A stretch of 64,000 nt of DNA from Promethearchaeota archaeon (lineage in GTDB: Archaea; Asgardarchaeota; Lokiarchaeia; Sigyniarchaeales; SOKP01), in the NCBI GenBank assembly GCA_048938025.1, contig JBHLMP010000008.1, positions 24,525 to 88,524 on the forward strand. Reading direction: 5' to 3'. The translations under genes and the position numbers were made by a program. Below are positions 30,512-40,048 of the stretch, piece after piece. Each line of letters starts with the position of its first letter. Within the stretch, counting starts at the first letter, position 1. The notes beneath the pieces are model-generated. The model ran no database searches. It saw nothing but the letters and a program-made list of their open reading frames with translations, and was not told the origin of the DNA.

Positions 30512-32676
30512 TATAATCTCTCTTCTTGTGGATTCTCATAAATATTTTTCACGATAAAATAGAGTTCTTCAGGATCGTCTATATTGATGATATGCAATGA
30601 ATGATTAGTAGCAAGATCATTGATTTTTTTCTTTAATAATCGCTTTTCTCCCTCAAAATCCTCTTTGTAATCTATAAAATCAAATACAATAATTAGGAGT
30701 TTACAGATCTGCTGTAGCTCTTGAATTTCTGAGAGAAACTCGTCAAGTGAGAGCTTTTTTGGATCAAATAACTGAATTAATACCTTGTTATAAAGAATAA
30801 TATGAAGATCAGAATCAACAATTTCAAAATCAATAGTATCCCCTTGTAATTTTTTTCTTAGTCCAAATGAAGGAGGAAAATTTCTACTGATCCTAATCTT
30901 TGAGATCGATTTTTTTTGAAGGACTTGTTGTTGCTCTGGAGGGCTGCTCATAAAAGCTACCAACTTAGATTGATACTGCTTTTTGGTTGGTTTACGGTAA
31001 GTCGAAGGGGATTCACTTTTTATCACTTCATTACTTTCAGAAACATCTTCTTTAAAGCTCTCTTGGTCATAATATGTTTTTAGCTGAGAGGATCTTTTTA
31101 GGTTGACATTCATTCGTTTTAATTTACTTAAAGCAATTTGAAGATAGACCTCATCATGCGTTCCATTGCAATATAAAATAACTACTTTACCTTCCCGGTG
31201 CCGAGCAGTTCTTCCCTTTCTCTGGATTAACCGTATTTCTGAGGTAACCACATCGTAAAAGATGACAAGATCGCACTCAGCAATATCGAGCCCCTCCTCT
31301 CCGACATTGGTACTCACCAGAACATTATAAATTCCTTGCTTAAACTGATCTAATATTTCAATTTGCCGCTTTTGGGATAAACCTTTATCGTCTTCTGACT
31401 TAGTAGTTTGTCCTACAAACCGAATTGCCTTAATAGCTTCATACATACTTAATTTTTTAACAATACTTTTTATAGAATCTCTTAATTTCACAAACACCAG
31501 TATCCGTGCCTTAGAATTCCTTTTTATCTCTTCTAACAGAATTGTAACTAGCACAGGATATTTAGGATGAGTTAGGGTTTCTGGTGAATATTCTTTATTT
31601 TTCTTTAATTCCAAATGGATATTTCTTAAACGATAATCACTCGCCAAAATTTTAACGGCTTTTGAACTTGAGCGTTTTTTGGCATCCTTACTTATCTTAT
31701 CGAAATAGTGAAGTAATACATCGAGCCCTTGTTGTTCCACCAATTCGATCATGTGATATAATATGAGTCCCTGAGCATTAATAGATAAGGCACTGTATAC
31801 TCCAGTCTTATCACCATTGCTATGTAAGATACCTACCAATTCCTTATTGAGTCTTAAAAGATCTTTTCTAATGATTTTTTCATAGAGAGGATCTGCTTCT
31901 TTTTCCAAGAAATTAACTTGAGAAAGATATTGTAATCGTTCTTCTAGAATTTCATTAATTACCAAATAGATATCCTTCATTAAACTTGTCATCTCTACGC
32001 TTACCTTATAAATATCCATTGGCTTTATGTAAGTCTTAACATCTTTATCCTTTCTGGTTCGTATATGAATATTTTCGATAGGGATATGCAGACTTTTACA
32101 TAATTCAATAATTTTATTTTTTGAAGCTCCCGGTGAAGCGGTTAATGCTAAGATGGTCCCATCTGGATTTTGGTCAATATACATATCACCAATAAGAGTA
32201 TAAGCATAATCTCCGGTAGAATGGTGAGCTTCATCAAAAATAATTAATGAAACATCTAAAAGGTCATATTTTTGATTTATCAAATCATTTCTTAAGGTTT
32301 GAGGGGTATAAAATAAAAATTGATTCTCTAAAAATAATTGTGTTCTTTTTTCAGGAGCTACTTTGCCAGTTAAAATACAAAAGGATTTTTTTGGTTTTTT
32401 TAAGAATTTGTGAAAAATTTCATAATGTTGGTTAATTAGTGGGCGTGTTGGAGCTAACACTATTATCTTATTCTTAGAAGGGAATAGATCCAATGTTTTA
32501 CTAGCGACAAGAACAGCAATTATTGTTTTTCCTAGACCCGTTGGTAACACCACTAAAGAGTTTTTATTTACACACTTCTCTGCTATCATGGATTGATATT
32601 TTCTAAACTCAATTTGAGAGGATATTTGAGTATCCATTCCCTTTTTGGCATTATGATTATCTAATGTATCACTCAT
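30511..32676 (-). CDS. Hef/FANCM-like (ERCC4-related) helicase with degenerate nuclease-like C-terminus
   Basis: RKYQ, LPTGLGKT, DEAHH, LTASPG, EEGLDI, IQRKGRTAR; no ERKxxxD nuclease motif. Confidence 0.88.
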   Translation of the reverse strand: MSDTLDNHNAKKGMDTQISSQIEFRKYQSMIAEKCVNKNSLVVLPTGLGKTIIAVLVASKTLDLFPSKNKIIVLAPTRPLINQHYEIFHKFLKKPKKSFCILTGKVAPEKRTQLFLENQFLFYTPQTLRNDLINQKYDLLDVSLIIFDEAHHSTGDYAYTLIGDMYIDQNPDGTILALTASPGASKNKIIELCKSLHIPIENIHIRTRKDKDVKTYIKPMDIYKVSVEMTSLMKDIYLVINEILEERLQYLSQVNFLEKEADPLYEKIIRKDLLRLNKELVGILHSNGDKTGVYSALSINAQGLILYHMIELVEQQGLDVLLHYFDKISKDAKKRSSSKAVKILASDYRLRNIHLELKKNKEYSPETLTHPKYPVLVTILLEEIKRNSKARILVFVKLRDSIKSIVKKLSMYEAIKAIRFVGQTTKSEDDKGLSQKRQIEILDQFKQGIYNVLVSTNVGEEGLDIAECDLVIFYDVVTSEIRLIQRKGRTARHREGKVVILYCNGTHDEVYLQIALSKLKRMNVNLKRSSQLKTYYDQESFKEDVSESNEVIKSESPSTYRKPTKKQYQSKLVAFMSSPPEQQQVLQKKSISKIRISRNFPPSFGLRKKLQGDTIDFEIVDSDLHIILYNKVLIQLFDPKKLSLDEFLSEIQELQQICKLLIIVFDFIDYKEDFEGEKRLLKKKINDLATNHSLHIINIDDPEELYFIVKNIYENPQEERL

Positions 32677-33289
32677 TTTGAATCACCTTTAAGGAGTAGG
32701 TATCGATTGTTACATCTGTAATTTCTTTATTGTTTTTACTAAAAGAAAGGATTAATTCACCAAATTTCAATCCTAACTCTGAGGGATATATTAACCCATT
32801 CTCTTTCTCTTCAAAGAGATAAGGATATTTTTGCCAGAGTTTTTTGAGGTTTCTTAAAAGATCCGTTCTATTTGATTCAATTTCAAATCCCTTGCCTCGT
32901 TTCACAAACTTAAATAGATAGATAAGATCACTAAAAATAGGAAGATCTGACTGTTTTATATTAATAATTTCAGGGATATGAATATCTTTTTGGACTGATA
33001 TTTTCTTTTTTTCTGCGATTAAATAGAGGTTTCCATTATTTATTTTTTTTTTAAGTACGTGATTGTTAAATACATCATTAAACTTATCTTGGAAATTTAA
33101 GATTAGATTGAAAATATCATCAATTTCTGACTTTGCAATGTTTAAATATTCCATTAGTTTAGTGAAATTAAATTTTTTAGTATAATCATTTCTAAACCCC
33201 TCTAAAGCGTTAACTATATAATTTAAAGTATCAATTATCTTTTTGTTATTACGATTAGTGAAGTCCTTAGAATATGATTCTGTAGTCAT
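32669..33289 (-). CDS. Hypothetical protein, possibly winged-helix
   Basis: Overlaps Hef-like start; FNFTKLMEYLNI and YPSELG segments; motif variant at 33311-33326. Confidence 0.6.
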   Translation of the reverse strand: MTTESYSKDFTNRNNKKIIDTLNYIVNALEGFRNDYTKKFNFTKLMEYLNIAKSEIDDIFNLILNFQDKFNDVFNNHVLKKKINNGNLYLIAEKKKISVQKDIHIPEIINIKQSDLPIFSDLIYLFKFVKRGKGFEIESNRTDLLRNLKKLWQKYPYLFEEKENGLIYPSELGLKFGELILSFSKNNKEITDVTIDTYSLKVIQNE

Positions 33290-33327
33290 CAGATTTAAAT
33301 AAGATAATTAAATAAAAAGAAAAAAAT

Positions 33328-35661
33328 TTAGAATTTGGTATTTTTATTGGTATTTACTCTTCTTTTTTTTAAATCCAACTGCTTAGTAGATATAACTATA
33401 ACCGATCCAGGTACAATGATAAATACCAATGCTAAGGGAATCGCAGGATCTAAATTTATATTTGAATTTCCAGTAGTTTCCTCTGAACTATATTGGAAGA
33501 AATTATTTTTTATCATCTCAGAGATCCACAATACAACCTCTTGTTCAATATTCATTTTATCGGTTGTAAGATAATATTCCTTATATATTTCTGAGAAAAT
33601 TTCCTTAACTAGATTAATACTAGAAATCAGACTAAAGGGAATCTTTAAGTCTAAAATGTAAGATATTTTGAAGGCATAATAGAGGTTTTTAATATTGTTA
33701 TAATCAAGGTTGGTTAAAATGAAATTCTTAATCTTGTCATTATCCAATGTGTATTTCTCCATTGCTTTTAAGACATATACCATATAATAAGTGTTCTGAA
33801 AAGTAATGTCAATATCATCAGTATACCAAGGATCAAAATAAAGGTTGTTGGAGGTCTCAACTATATTATTATCTATATAACTATAAAGAGCATCCTTATC
33901 AAAGGATATATTAGTTAGATTACCTAAACCTATGTGATTTGCTAACAATTCTAAGGATTTTATTGCATAATAGGAATATTCAAAAAAGATTTTTTGGACC
34001 TGACTTTCATTTGAGAAAAAAGTATATCCCCGCATAGGTACGAATGCCCCATAGGCATTAGAAAATGATTCATTCAAAAATTGGGATTCTATAATATCGT
34101 TGATTAAATTGTTAAGATTTATCAATCCTTCAAAATCATCCAATTTAAATATTTTTTCCATTGAATCTAAGGCAAAGAACATCGATTTAAACGATGTTAA
34201 GTAATCAATTCGAGTAATATAATTATGATACCCCCTATTATAATATTCAATGGGATATGAGCGGAACTCTGGTTTTAAAGGATCTGTGTTAATGTAAGGT
34301 AGAAAGGCATACCAATCTTCAGGATAATCATAATATCTGAGACACTTCTCTATATCGTTGTAAATATTTTGTAATTCTAAGTCCGAGATCATGTCAAACA
34401 ATTGAAAGGAACTGATTATAGTGTTGAGAAGATTTAGGGAAGTATATTCTTTAGAGACAAGAGAGAACCCCTTATATTGTTTATAGGTACTCAAGGCATT
34501 AGAAATCTTAATTTTATCTAGGGAAGATAAATTCGAGATCGCCCCAAGATTATTAAGTGAACCTATAATTTGAAAAGTATCCATTAATTCATGCATTTTT
34601 ACGGTTGTGGATGAATCCCATATACCTTGAGAATTTCTATTATTAAAAATAAAATTGATTATATTGCTTTCATTTACTCCTGAAAAACCCGTTATTTTAG
34701 AAAGTTCCAACCCGATTGCCGTAGCAATGATATTGGTTATATTATGCCCAGGATTAGACATCTCAAAATAGGTTTCATCCTTATAATGTTCTTCAAGAAA
34801 TTGATGAAAGCTATCTAAATTAATCGTCTCTTCCATTTCAAAGATTTCTAAGGTTTTAATGCAGTAAAATGAAGAAAGCAGGCTTGGTTCCCTCGTTGGT
34901 TTTATGCTATCGAAAGAATTATCCTCATCATTGTAAAAACCACCGTATTTCCAGTCAGTATTGAGTGATATTTGTAAGTTATTTATGTATTGAATAATCT
35001 TGTTCTTTTCTGTCGTATATTCATCCCAGTCTTCCAAAAGACTATCCAAGGTTATAGCCGCAAAATAGGTATTATCCATGGTAGAGAGTCTAAACATTGC
35101 ATCTAGATTTAAATTATAGGGTCGACCAATAAATCCATCAGAGACGGGATTATAGCAACTCCAAATAAAATCGATAAAGTTTTGCTTATCAATTAGGTCT
35201 AATTTATTTAACAGGGCTAATGATTGAAGTGCATAACAATTAATTTGCAGAAGTGAGGTTAATGGATAATAACCTTGAGCTGGATCAAGATCCAAATATC
35301 GATATGCATAATTATCATAAAATAAATTACTGTTAGGATCATAACAAGACATTATATAATTGGTAATTTCATCTACATGTACTTGACCCAATTCTCCAAT
35401 GGCATTGTAACTATAGAGAGCATAATATACTGCCTGAAGGGATGGTTCATAGATTTGTGGAAAATATCCAAAAGTTTCATCATCAGTGAGTTTTCTTGTA
35501 AAGACAGAATTGAGATCATCAATGTATTGTTCTGAAGAGCTATTATGTAACCTGTAGCTATATGTCTCTAATTTATTATCTATACGTATAATTTTATTTG
35601 CTAAGATTCCAAAAACAAGTAAAAATATACTCATTAATGCTAATTTTTTTCCTTTTTGCAT
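33328..35661 (-). CDS. Secreted, membrane-anchored prenyltransferase/squalene-cyclase-like alpha-alpha barrel protein
   Basis: N-terminal signal-like helix; repeats such as FIWSCYN..DGF, TYFAA..L, YGGF; C-terminal TM plus basic tail. Confidence 0.65.
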   Translation of the reverse strand: MQKGKKLALMSIFLLVFGILANKIIRIDNKLETYSYRLHNSSSEQYIDDLNSVFTRKLTDDETFGYFPQIYEPSLQAVYYALYSYNAIGELGQVHVDEITNYIMSCYDPNSNLFYDNYAYRYLDLDPAQGYYPLTSLLQINCYALQSLALLNKLDLIDKQNFIDFIWSCYNPVSDGFIGRPYNLNLDAMFRLSTMDNTYFAAITLDSLLEDWDEYTTEKNKIIQYINNLQISLNTDWKYGGFYNDEDNSFDSIKPTREPSLLSSFYCIKTLEIFEMEETINLDSFHQFLEEHYKDETYFEMSNPGHNITNIIATAIGLELSKITGFSGVNESNIINFIFNNRNSQGIWDSSTTVKMHELMDTFQIIGSLNNLGAISNLSSLDKIKISNALSTYKQYKGFSLVSKEYTSLNLLNTIISSFQLFDMISDLELQNIYNDIEKCLRYYDYPEDWYAFLPYINTDPLKPEFRSYPIEYYNRGYHNYITRIDYLTSFKSMFFALDSMEKIFKLDDFEGLINLNNLINDIIESQFLNESFSNAYGAFVPMRGYTFFSNESQVQKIFFEYSYYAIKSLELLANHIGLGNLTNISFDKDALYSYIDNNIVETSNNLYFDPWYTDDIDITFQNTYYMVYVLKAMEKYTLDNDKIKNFILTNLDYNNIKNLYYAFKISYILDLKIPFSLISSINLVKEIFSEIYKEYYLTTDKMNIEQEVVLWISEMIKNNFFQYSSEETTGNSNINLDPAIPLALVFIIVPGSVIVISTKQLDLKKRRVNTNKNTKF

Positions 35662-35709
35662 ATATATGCCTTATAGATTTTATTTAATTACTCCATAATA
35701 TTTTAAGAG

Positions 35710-35724
35710 TATTTAAAGAAAAAA
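35710..35724 (-). promoter_or_regulatory. Island promoter motif TTTTTTCTTTAAATA
   Basis: Exact match 48 bp upstream of the start at 35661. Confidence 0.7.
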
Positions 35725-35798
35725 CATCAAATCAATAACGTGAAAAGCACAAAAAGAAAAGAAAGAAAAAAAAGAGTTACATAACTGAGAAGTAACTG

Positions 35799-37028
35799 TC
35801 AAACAATTTTTAGGGGTGGATCTTTAGTCCTATAATACACTAATCTCTCATAATCAAATAGTTTCATTTCCTGAGCTTGAAAGCCTTGATTTGGCTCCTT
35901 GTGTATATTTGGATTGTAAATTCTAATTGTCATTAATATAGGGTTATCTTGATCATCTCTAACAGCGAAAAAATAGTAATCGACACCATTATGGCAATTG
36001 AATACTTGTGAAGCATTTCCTATAATTATTTCAACGATATCAGCAGATTCTTCAGCGGAAACTTCTTCTGGTTCGATAAGTCCTAATCTTTCCATAATTT
36101 TTCTTAAAAGATCGGAAGATCGTACTAGACTAATAAATCCTTCAACCTTTAATTTTCTAAATATTCTTTCTCTTACCTGAAATTGAACAGATGACATTTT
36201 AACTCCTAACATTTTACAAATTGCATTAACGCTTATACCATCTTTATAAGAGCTAAGTGCCGAGATTGAGGTCGCAACCCCCACAATAACATCGTCAGTT
36301 GTATTTTTAATCAGTTCCCATAATTTATACATTATCTTCTTAGATAAATAATAAAATCCCAAACCTAAATCAAAATATTCGGTAACTTGGAGCATTTTTT
36401 GAATGATATATTCTTGTCTGTTTCTTTTTGCATATTCAGGAATAAAGCACCTTAATTGTAGAAAAAAATCTTTAAATTCTTTTTTCGATATACCTGACGC
36501 ATTTATTAATTCTACCTCATTAATAGAGACATTTCTAAGCTTAAATGTATAATAAATAATAACTGGAACAAGTTTTTCAACACTCCGATATTTCGTACTG
36601 GGTCTAAGCTTCGATCTCACCTTCTTAAATCTTTGAAAAACAATTTTTTGATATGAATTAGGTAAATGTAAATTGCTGAAGATTTTTGATATTGTTTGCT
36701 TAGCGGTATTTAGTACTATATTTTCATTATCCCGGATAGAATGAAGTCTATTCCAATTTTCCCATTGAACAGAGTTAGGAAAACAATACCTCTCTCGTTT
36801 TGTGCCTATTTGAGTTTGTCCTAAAGGGGCATACTGAAGAATATCATCATTATATGGGCGATGATATTGCAATTTTAGGACTTCTAATACAATTCCACAG
36901 TCACCACATACATAACCTTCATTAGTTTCTTTAATGTTAACTGAATTACATAAATCACATTTTAACTCTGAAACTTCCTCTCCTTTAGAATCATATTTTA
37001 ATTTTTGAATTAGGTTATAAGTTACCAT
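35799..37028 (-). CDS. Divergent TFB/TFIIB paralog with C-terminal extension
   Basis: CDLC...GYVCGDCGIVL Zn ribbon, two cyclin-like repeats, extra ~100-aa tail; likely start MVTYN at 37028. Confidence 0.8.
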   Translation of the reverse strand: MVTYNLIQKLKYDSKGEEVSELKCDLCNSVNIKETNEGYVCGDCGIVLEVLKLQYHRPYNDDILQYAPLGQTQIGTKRERYCFPNSVQWENWNRLHSIRDNENIVLNTAKQTISKIFSNLHLPNSYQKIVFQRFKKVRSKLRPSTKYRSVEKLVPVIIYYTFKLRNVSINEVELINASGISKKEFKDFFLQLRCFIPEYAKRNRQEYIIQKMLQVTEYFDLGLGFYYLSKKIMYKLWELIKNTTDDVIVGVATSISALSSYKDGISVNAICKMLGVKMSSVQFQVRERIFRKLKVEGFISLVRSSDLLRKIMERLGLIEPEEVSAEESADIVEIIIGNASQVFNCHNGVDYYFFAVRDDQDNPILMTIRIYNPNIHKEPNQGFQAQEMKLFDYERLVYYRTKDPPLKIV

Positions 37029-37367
37029 TGTTTTTTTGATCACTATTCTTCTATTATAACTAAGAAATATTTGAGTGCCACTACCCTTTTTAAATATTTT
37101 GCATGAAATGAAAAATGATGAAAAGAGACAGTCTACTCGCAGATTATAATTTTGGATTTTCACAAAAATGAATAAAATTAAATTGAGCAATAATTTTGCC
37201 TTCCAAATCCACAAATGAAAACTCAAGGAGAATTGCGTAGAGGTTAATCCTGTTAAATTTAATAATAGTTTAAATTCGAAAGAAGAAAAATTTTTAATGA
37301 ATTGAAGAATTGGTTTTAAATTTAAATATTAGATTTTTTGAAAATTTATCACATAAACTAATGTCAA

Positions 37368-37382
37368 TTTTTTCTTTAAATA
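37368..37382 (+). promoter_or_regulatory. Island promoter motif TTTTTTCTTTAAATA
   Basis: Exact match 21 bp upstream of ATG 37404 in a divergent intergenic region. Confidence 0.75.
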
Positions 37383-37403
37383 TATTCAATAAAATTTTTC
37401 TTC

Positions 37404-38159
37404 ATGTTAGAAGAATTAGTTGTGTTTGTCATCATTCTTTTTATTTCGCTCTTTTTTAATCATCTTGTATCAAAGGGTAGAAGTATTAGTCCATTTTATG
37501 GAATTCTTGTAAGATTAATGTATATAGGGGTTTTGATTCATGAGGTAAGTCATTATTTAATTAGCCTTCTAGTTGGTATCAAACCTCGTAAAATAGAAAT
37601 CAAATTCAGGGATAGACAGACTAGAATGATTAATCCCCATGGTTATGTAGAAGTTAAACCCCGAAATTTTTTACAGGCTTTTTTACTTACATTCGCCCCT
37701 CTCTATATCTCAACATGGTTGGCTGTCCTTTTTTTCAACATTACAGCATATTCCAATTATTGGTTTGTCATTCGTATTATCGCATGTTTATTCTTGATTT
37801 CTACTATAATTGGTGCTGCTCCTTCGAGTGCTGATTTATCTATTTTTTATCATTCAATACGATATGATGCATTATACACTCTGTATCAAATTTTTCTCAT
37901 TGCACTATCGATATTTATTCTTTGGACAATTATCTATTATTTTGAGATTGTATTTTTCCTTGATGTATTTTATTATTTCAGCATTGCTGCGATTTATTGG
38001 GAGTTAAAGCTTGGATTTATGGGAGTAAGTAAGGCAGCATTTATTATACGATCGATAAGTTATCAAAGACCTCATAAATTGAAGGTTAGAAGTTTTGCTC
38101 GTCGCAGATACAAACCTCAAAAACCACATAAAATAGGAATTGAAGAGGCTCCATGGTGA
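37404..38159 (+). CDS. Membrane metallopeptidase, M50-like
   Basis: GVLIHEVSH (HExxH), GYV, APL, PS.AD, multiple TMs. Confidence 0.8.
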   Translation: MLEELVVFVIILFISLFFNHLVSKGRSISPFYGILVRLMYIGVLIHEVSHYLISLLVGIKPRKIEIKFRDRQTRMINPHGYVEVKPRNFLQAFLLTFAPLYISTWLAVLFFNITAYSNYWFVIRIIACLFLISTIIGAAPSSADLSIFYHSIRYDALYTLYQIFLIALSIFILWTIIYYFEIVFFLDVFYYFSIAAIYWELKLGFMGVSKAAFIIRSISYQRPHKLKVRSFARRRYKPQKPHKIGIEEAPW

Positions 38160-38169
38160 TAAAGAAATG

Positions 38170-38523
38170 AATATGAAGAGTATATGCTGCGTGGTGTTGA
38201 TTGTCGTTTTTCTCATGTATTATCAAACTAACCCCGTATTTACGATTATAATTGTTGTCGTCGCTTTAGGAATTTATATATTTTATAAGTCTAAGACTTC
38301 TGGTTCTGGTTCGGGGATATCAAGGTTTCTCAGTGGGAGGACTTACCAGCAGGAGAACCGTAATATGGATGATTTAATTACATTGGTAATGCTTCAACAG
38401 TTATTAGATTCTTCTCCTGAAGAAAGAATGCTAGGCCATTTAGATCAAAACCTTAAAAAGACACAAGATGAGAGACTTGAAAAGATGAAAAATGAGGTTC
38501 TTGAACTATTAGAAGAGGATTAA
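38170..38523 (+). CDS. Small membrane protein with soluble C-terminus
   Basis: Two TM helices; GGTGA just upstream suggests a start near MNMK. Confidence 0.6.
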   Translation, partial: NMKSICCVVLIVVFLMYYQTNPVFTIIIVVVALGIYIFYKSKTSGSGSGISRFLSGRTYQQENRNMDDLITLVMLQQLLDSSPEERMLGHLDQNLKKTQDERLEKMKNEVLELLEED

Positions 38524-38542
38524 ATTTTTAGAAGGGGATTGA

Positions 38543-39253
38543 ATGCAGATACATTCTGAATTTCTCGTTTTAATGCATAAATTAATGGTAAGACACAAGA
38601 TCCTAAGTCTTTCTGGAGAGTCTGGTACAGGAAAAACCACTTTTGCTTTACAAATGGTCGGAAATTTTTTGACTCACACTTATCCTTTTGAAGAGTGCTG
38701 TATTTGGGTTCAAGCAAGTGAAATATTCCCTATTAGAAGGTTTTCACGAGTGTTTGATAATTCATTAGATAAGTATAATTATCTTCAAAAAAATATCCTC
38801 ATCACGCCTTTTAATACTACTTTAAATAACTATAAAAATCAATCTGAGTTCTTAACTAATTTTATCAATGAACTTACGATTTTACCACCGAATTTGCGAT
38901 ATATTGTGGTTGATAATATCTCCCATCATTTGCGATTTGAGATTTCTAAATATAAGGATATTAAGTTAATTACCTCACTTATAGATGATTTTTACGAATT
39001 TCAGCTCATGCCATTAATAATGTTCTGCCAAAGAGAAGGGATCTGTTTATTATTAATCCATGAGGTTTCATATGATCCCAATTCAGGACAAAATCGAACC
39101 TTTCTTTACAAGTTATATGATAGAGTAAATACCATAAAAATAGAGTTATCCAATAGGTGTAATAATCGAAATAAGAGCATGAAAATATTATTCAAGGATT
39201 ATTCATGGATGTTTGATTATGCTTTACAACATAATGGTCTAGTTACGTTATAA
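38543..39253 (+). CDS. RadB / Rad51-paralog RecA-fold ATPase
   Basis: LSGESGTGKT, YIVVDNIS; core domain only, no N-terminal HhH. Confidence 0.75.
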   Translation: MQIHSEFLVLMHKLMVRHKILSLSGESGTGKTTFALQMVGNFLTHTYPFEECCIWVQASEIFPIRRFSRVFDNSLDKYNYLQKNILITPFNTTLNNYKNQSEFLTNFINELTILPPNLRYIVVDNISHHLRFEISKYKDIKLITSLIDDFYEFQLMPLIMFCQREGICLLLIHEVSYDPNSGQNRTFLYKLYDRVNTIKIELSNRCNNRNKSMKILFKDYSWMFDYALQHNGLVTL

Positions 39254-39524
39254 TCCTATACGCTTTGATTCTATCCTATAGAATATATTACCCTTAACCT
39301 GTGGTTACTCCCACATATCCGATCCATGCTAATGCTTGATTATTTTCTTTTTGATTTTATTACTATTTTTTAATCCTTTTTTTTGGTTTAAATATCTCTA
39401 TATTATTTTCTTTTAAATATTCTTAATTTATAGGATTAATAGAGAAATTGAGGAAGCAAATATAAAAATAGTAAATACAAAAAAAATACGTCTCCTCTCA
39501 TTTTCTTCCTCCTTTTCTCTTATC

Positions 39525-39538
39525 TTTTTCTTTAAATA
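39525..39538 (+). promoter_or_regulatory. Island promoter motif TTTTTCTTTAAATA
   Basis: 21 bp upstream of ATG 39560. Confidence 0.7.
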
Positions 39539-39559
39539 TAACAGAAATAAAAAATATTC

Positions 39560-39937
39560 ATGATTACTAAATCACAAGATTATGGTCAATTAATAAAATG
39601 TTCTATCTGCCGGCATGATATTAAAGATAGAGCAACACTTTGTCAAACCGGTTTTAACTATGGGATTGTGTGCGTTAAGTGTTACAGGAAATTTTCTAAG
39701 GAAGATCTTGAATTAATGGCTAATTTATTTACGGCTTTTGGTGGATATTTTGGTCGGTATAGGCGTTCTGAATTTTCGAAACTTAAAATTCTTAAAGCCA
39801 TTCATACGGATCTCCTTCCTATCTATGAAGAAAATGGTGTTGAAGAATTAAATATCAGAATGCTTCATAAAGCTTTATTGCATGGAATCTCTCCAGAAGA
39901 ATATATTGAGAATCTAGAACTTGTCCTTGAAGAATAA
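39560..39937 (+). CDS. Zinc-finger protein
   Basis: CSIC...VCVKC. Confidence 0.7.
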   Translation: MITKSQDYGQLIKCSICRHDIKDRATLCQTGFNYGIVCVKCYRKFSKEDLELMANLFTAFGGYFGRYRRSEFSKLKILKAIHTDLLPIYEENGVEELNIRMLHKALLHGISPEEYIENLELVLEE

Positions 39938-39974
39938 CAGCTCTTTTTCCAAGAAAGAATTCTTCTATAATTGG

Positions 39975-39989
39975 TTTTTTCTTTAAATA
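39975..39989 (+). promoter_or_regulatory. Island promoter motif TTTTTTCTTTAAATA upstream of radA
   Basis: Exact match; GGTGA SD-like sequence at 40032. Confidence 0.75.
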
Positions 39990-40048
39990 CTCTTACTCTA
40001 GACAATTGATAATCAGAATTATTTTTAAAATGGTGATAATAAAAAAGA

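Noticed and set aside
37029-37226. N-terminal extension of the TFB ORF from TTG 37226
   Set aside because: Looks like non-coding read-through; ATG 37028 places the Zn ribbon near the N-terminus
39254-39420. Short hairpin (TGTGG/CCACA) and extra TATA-like motif variants after the RadB-like gene
   Set aside because: Stem too short and no convincing ORF downstream
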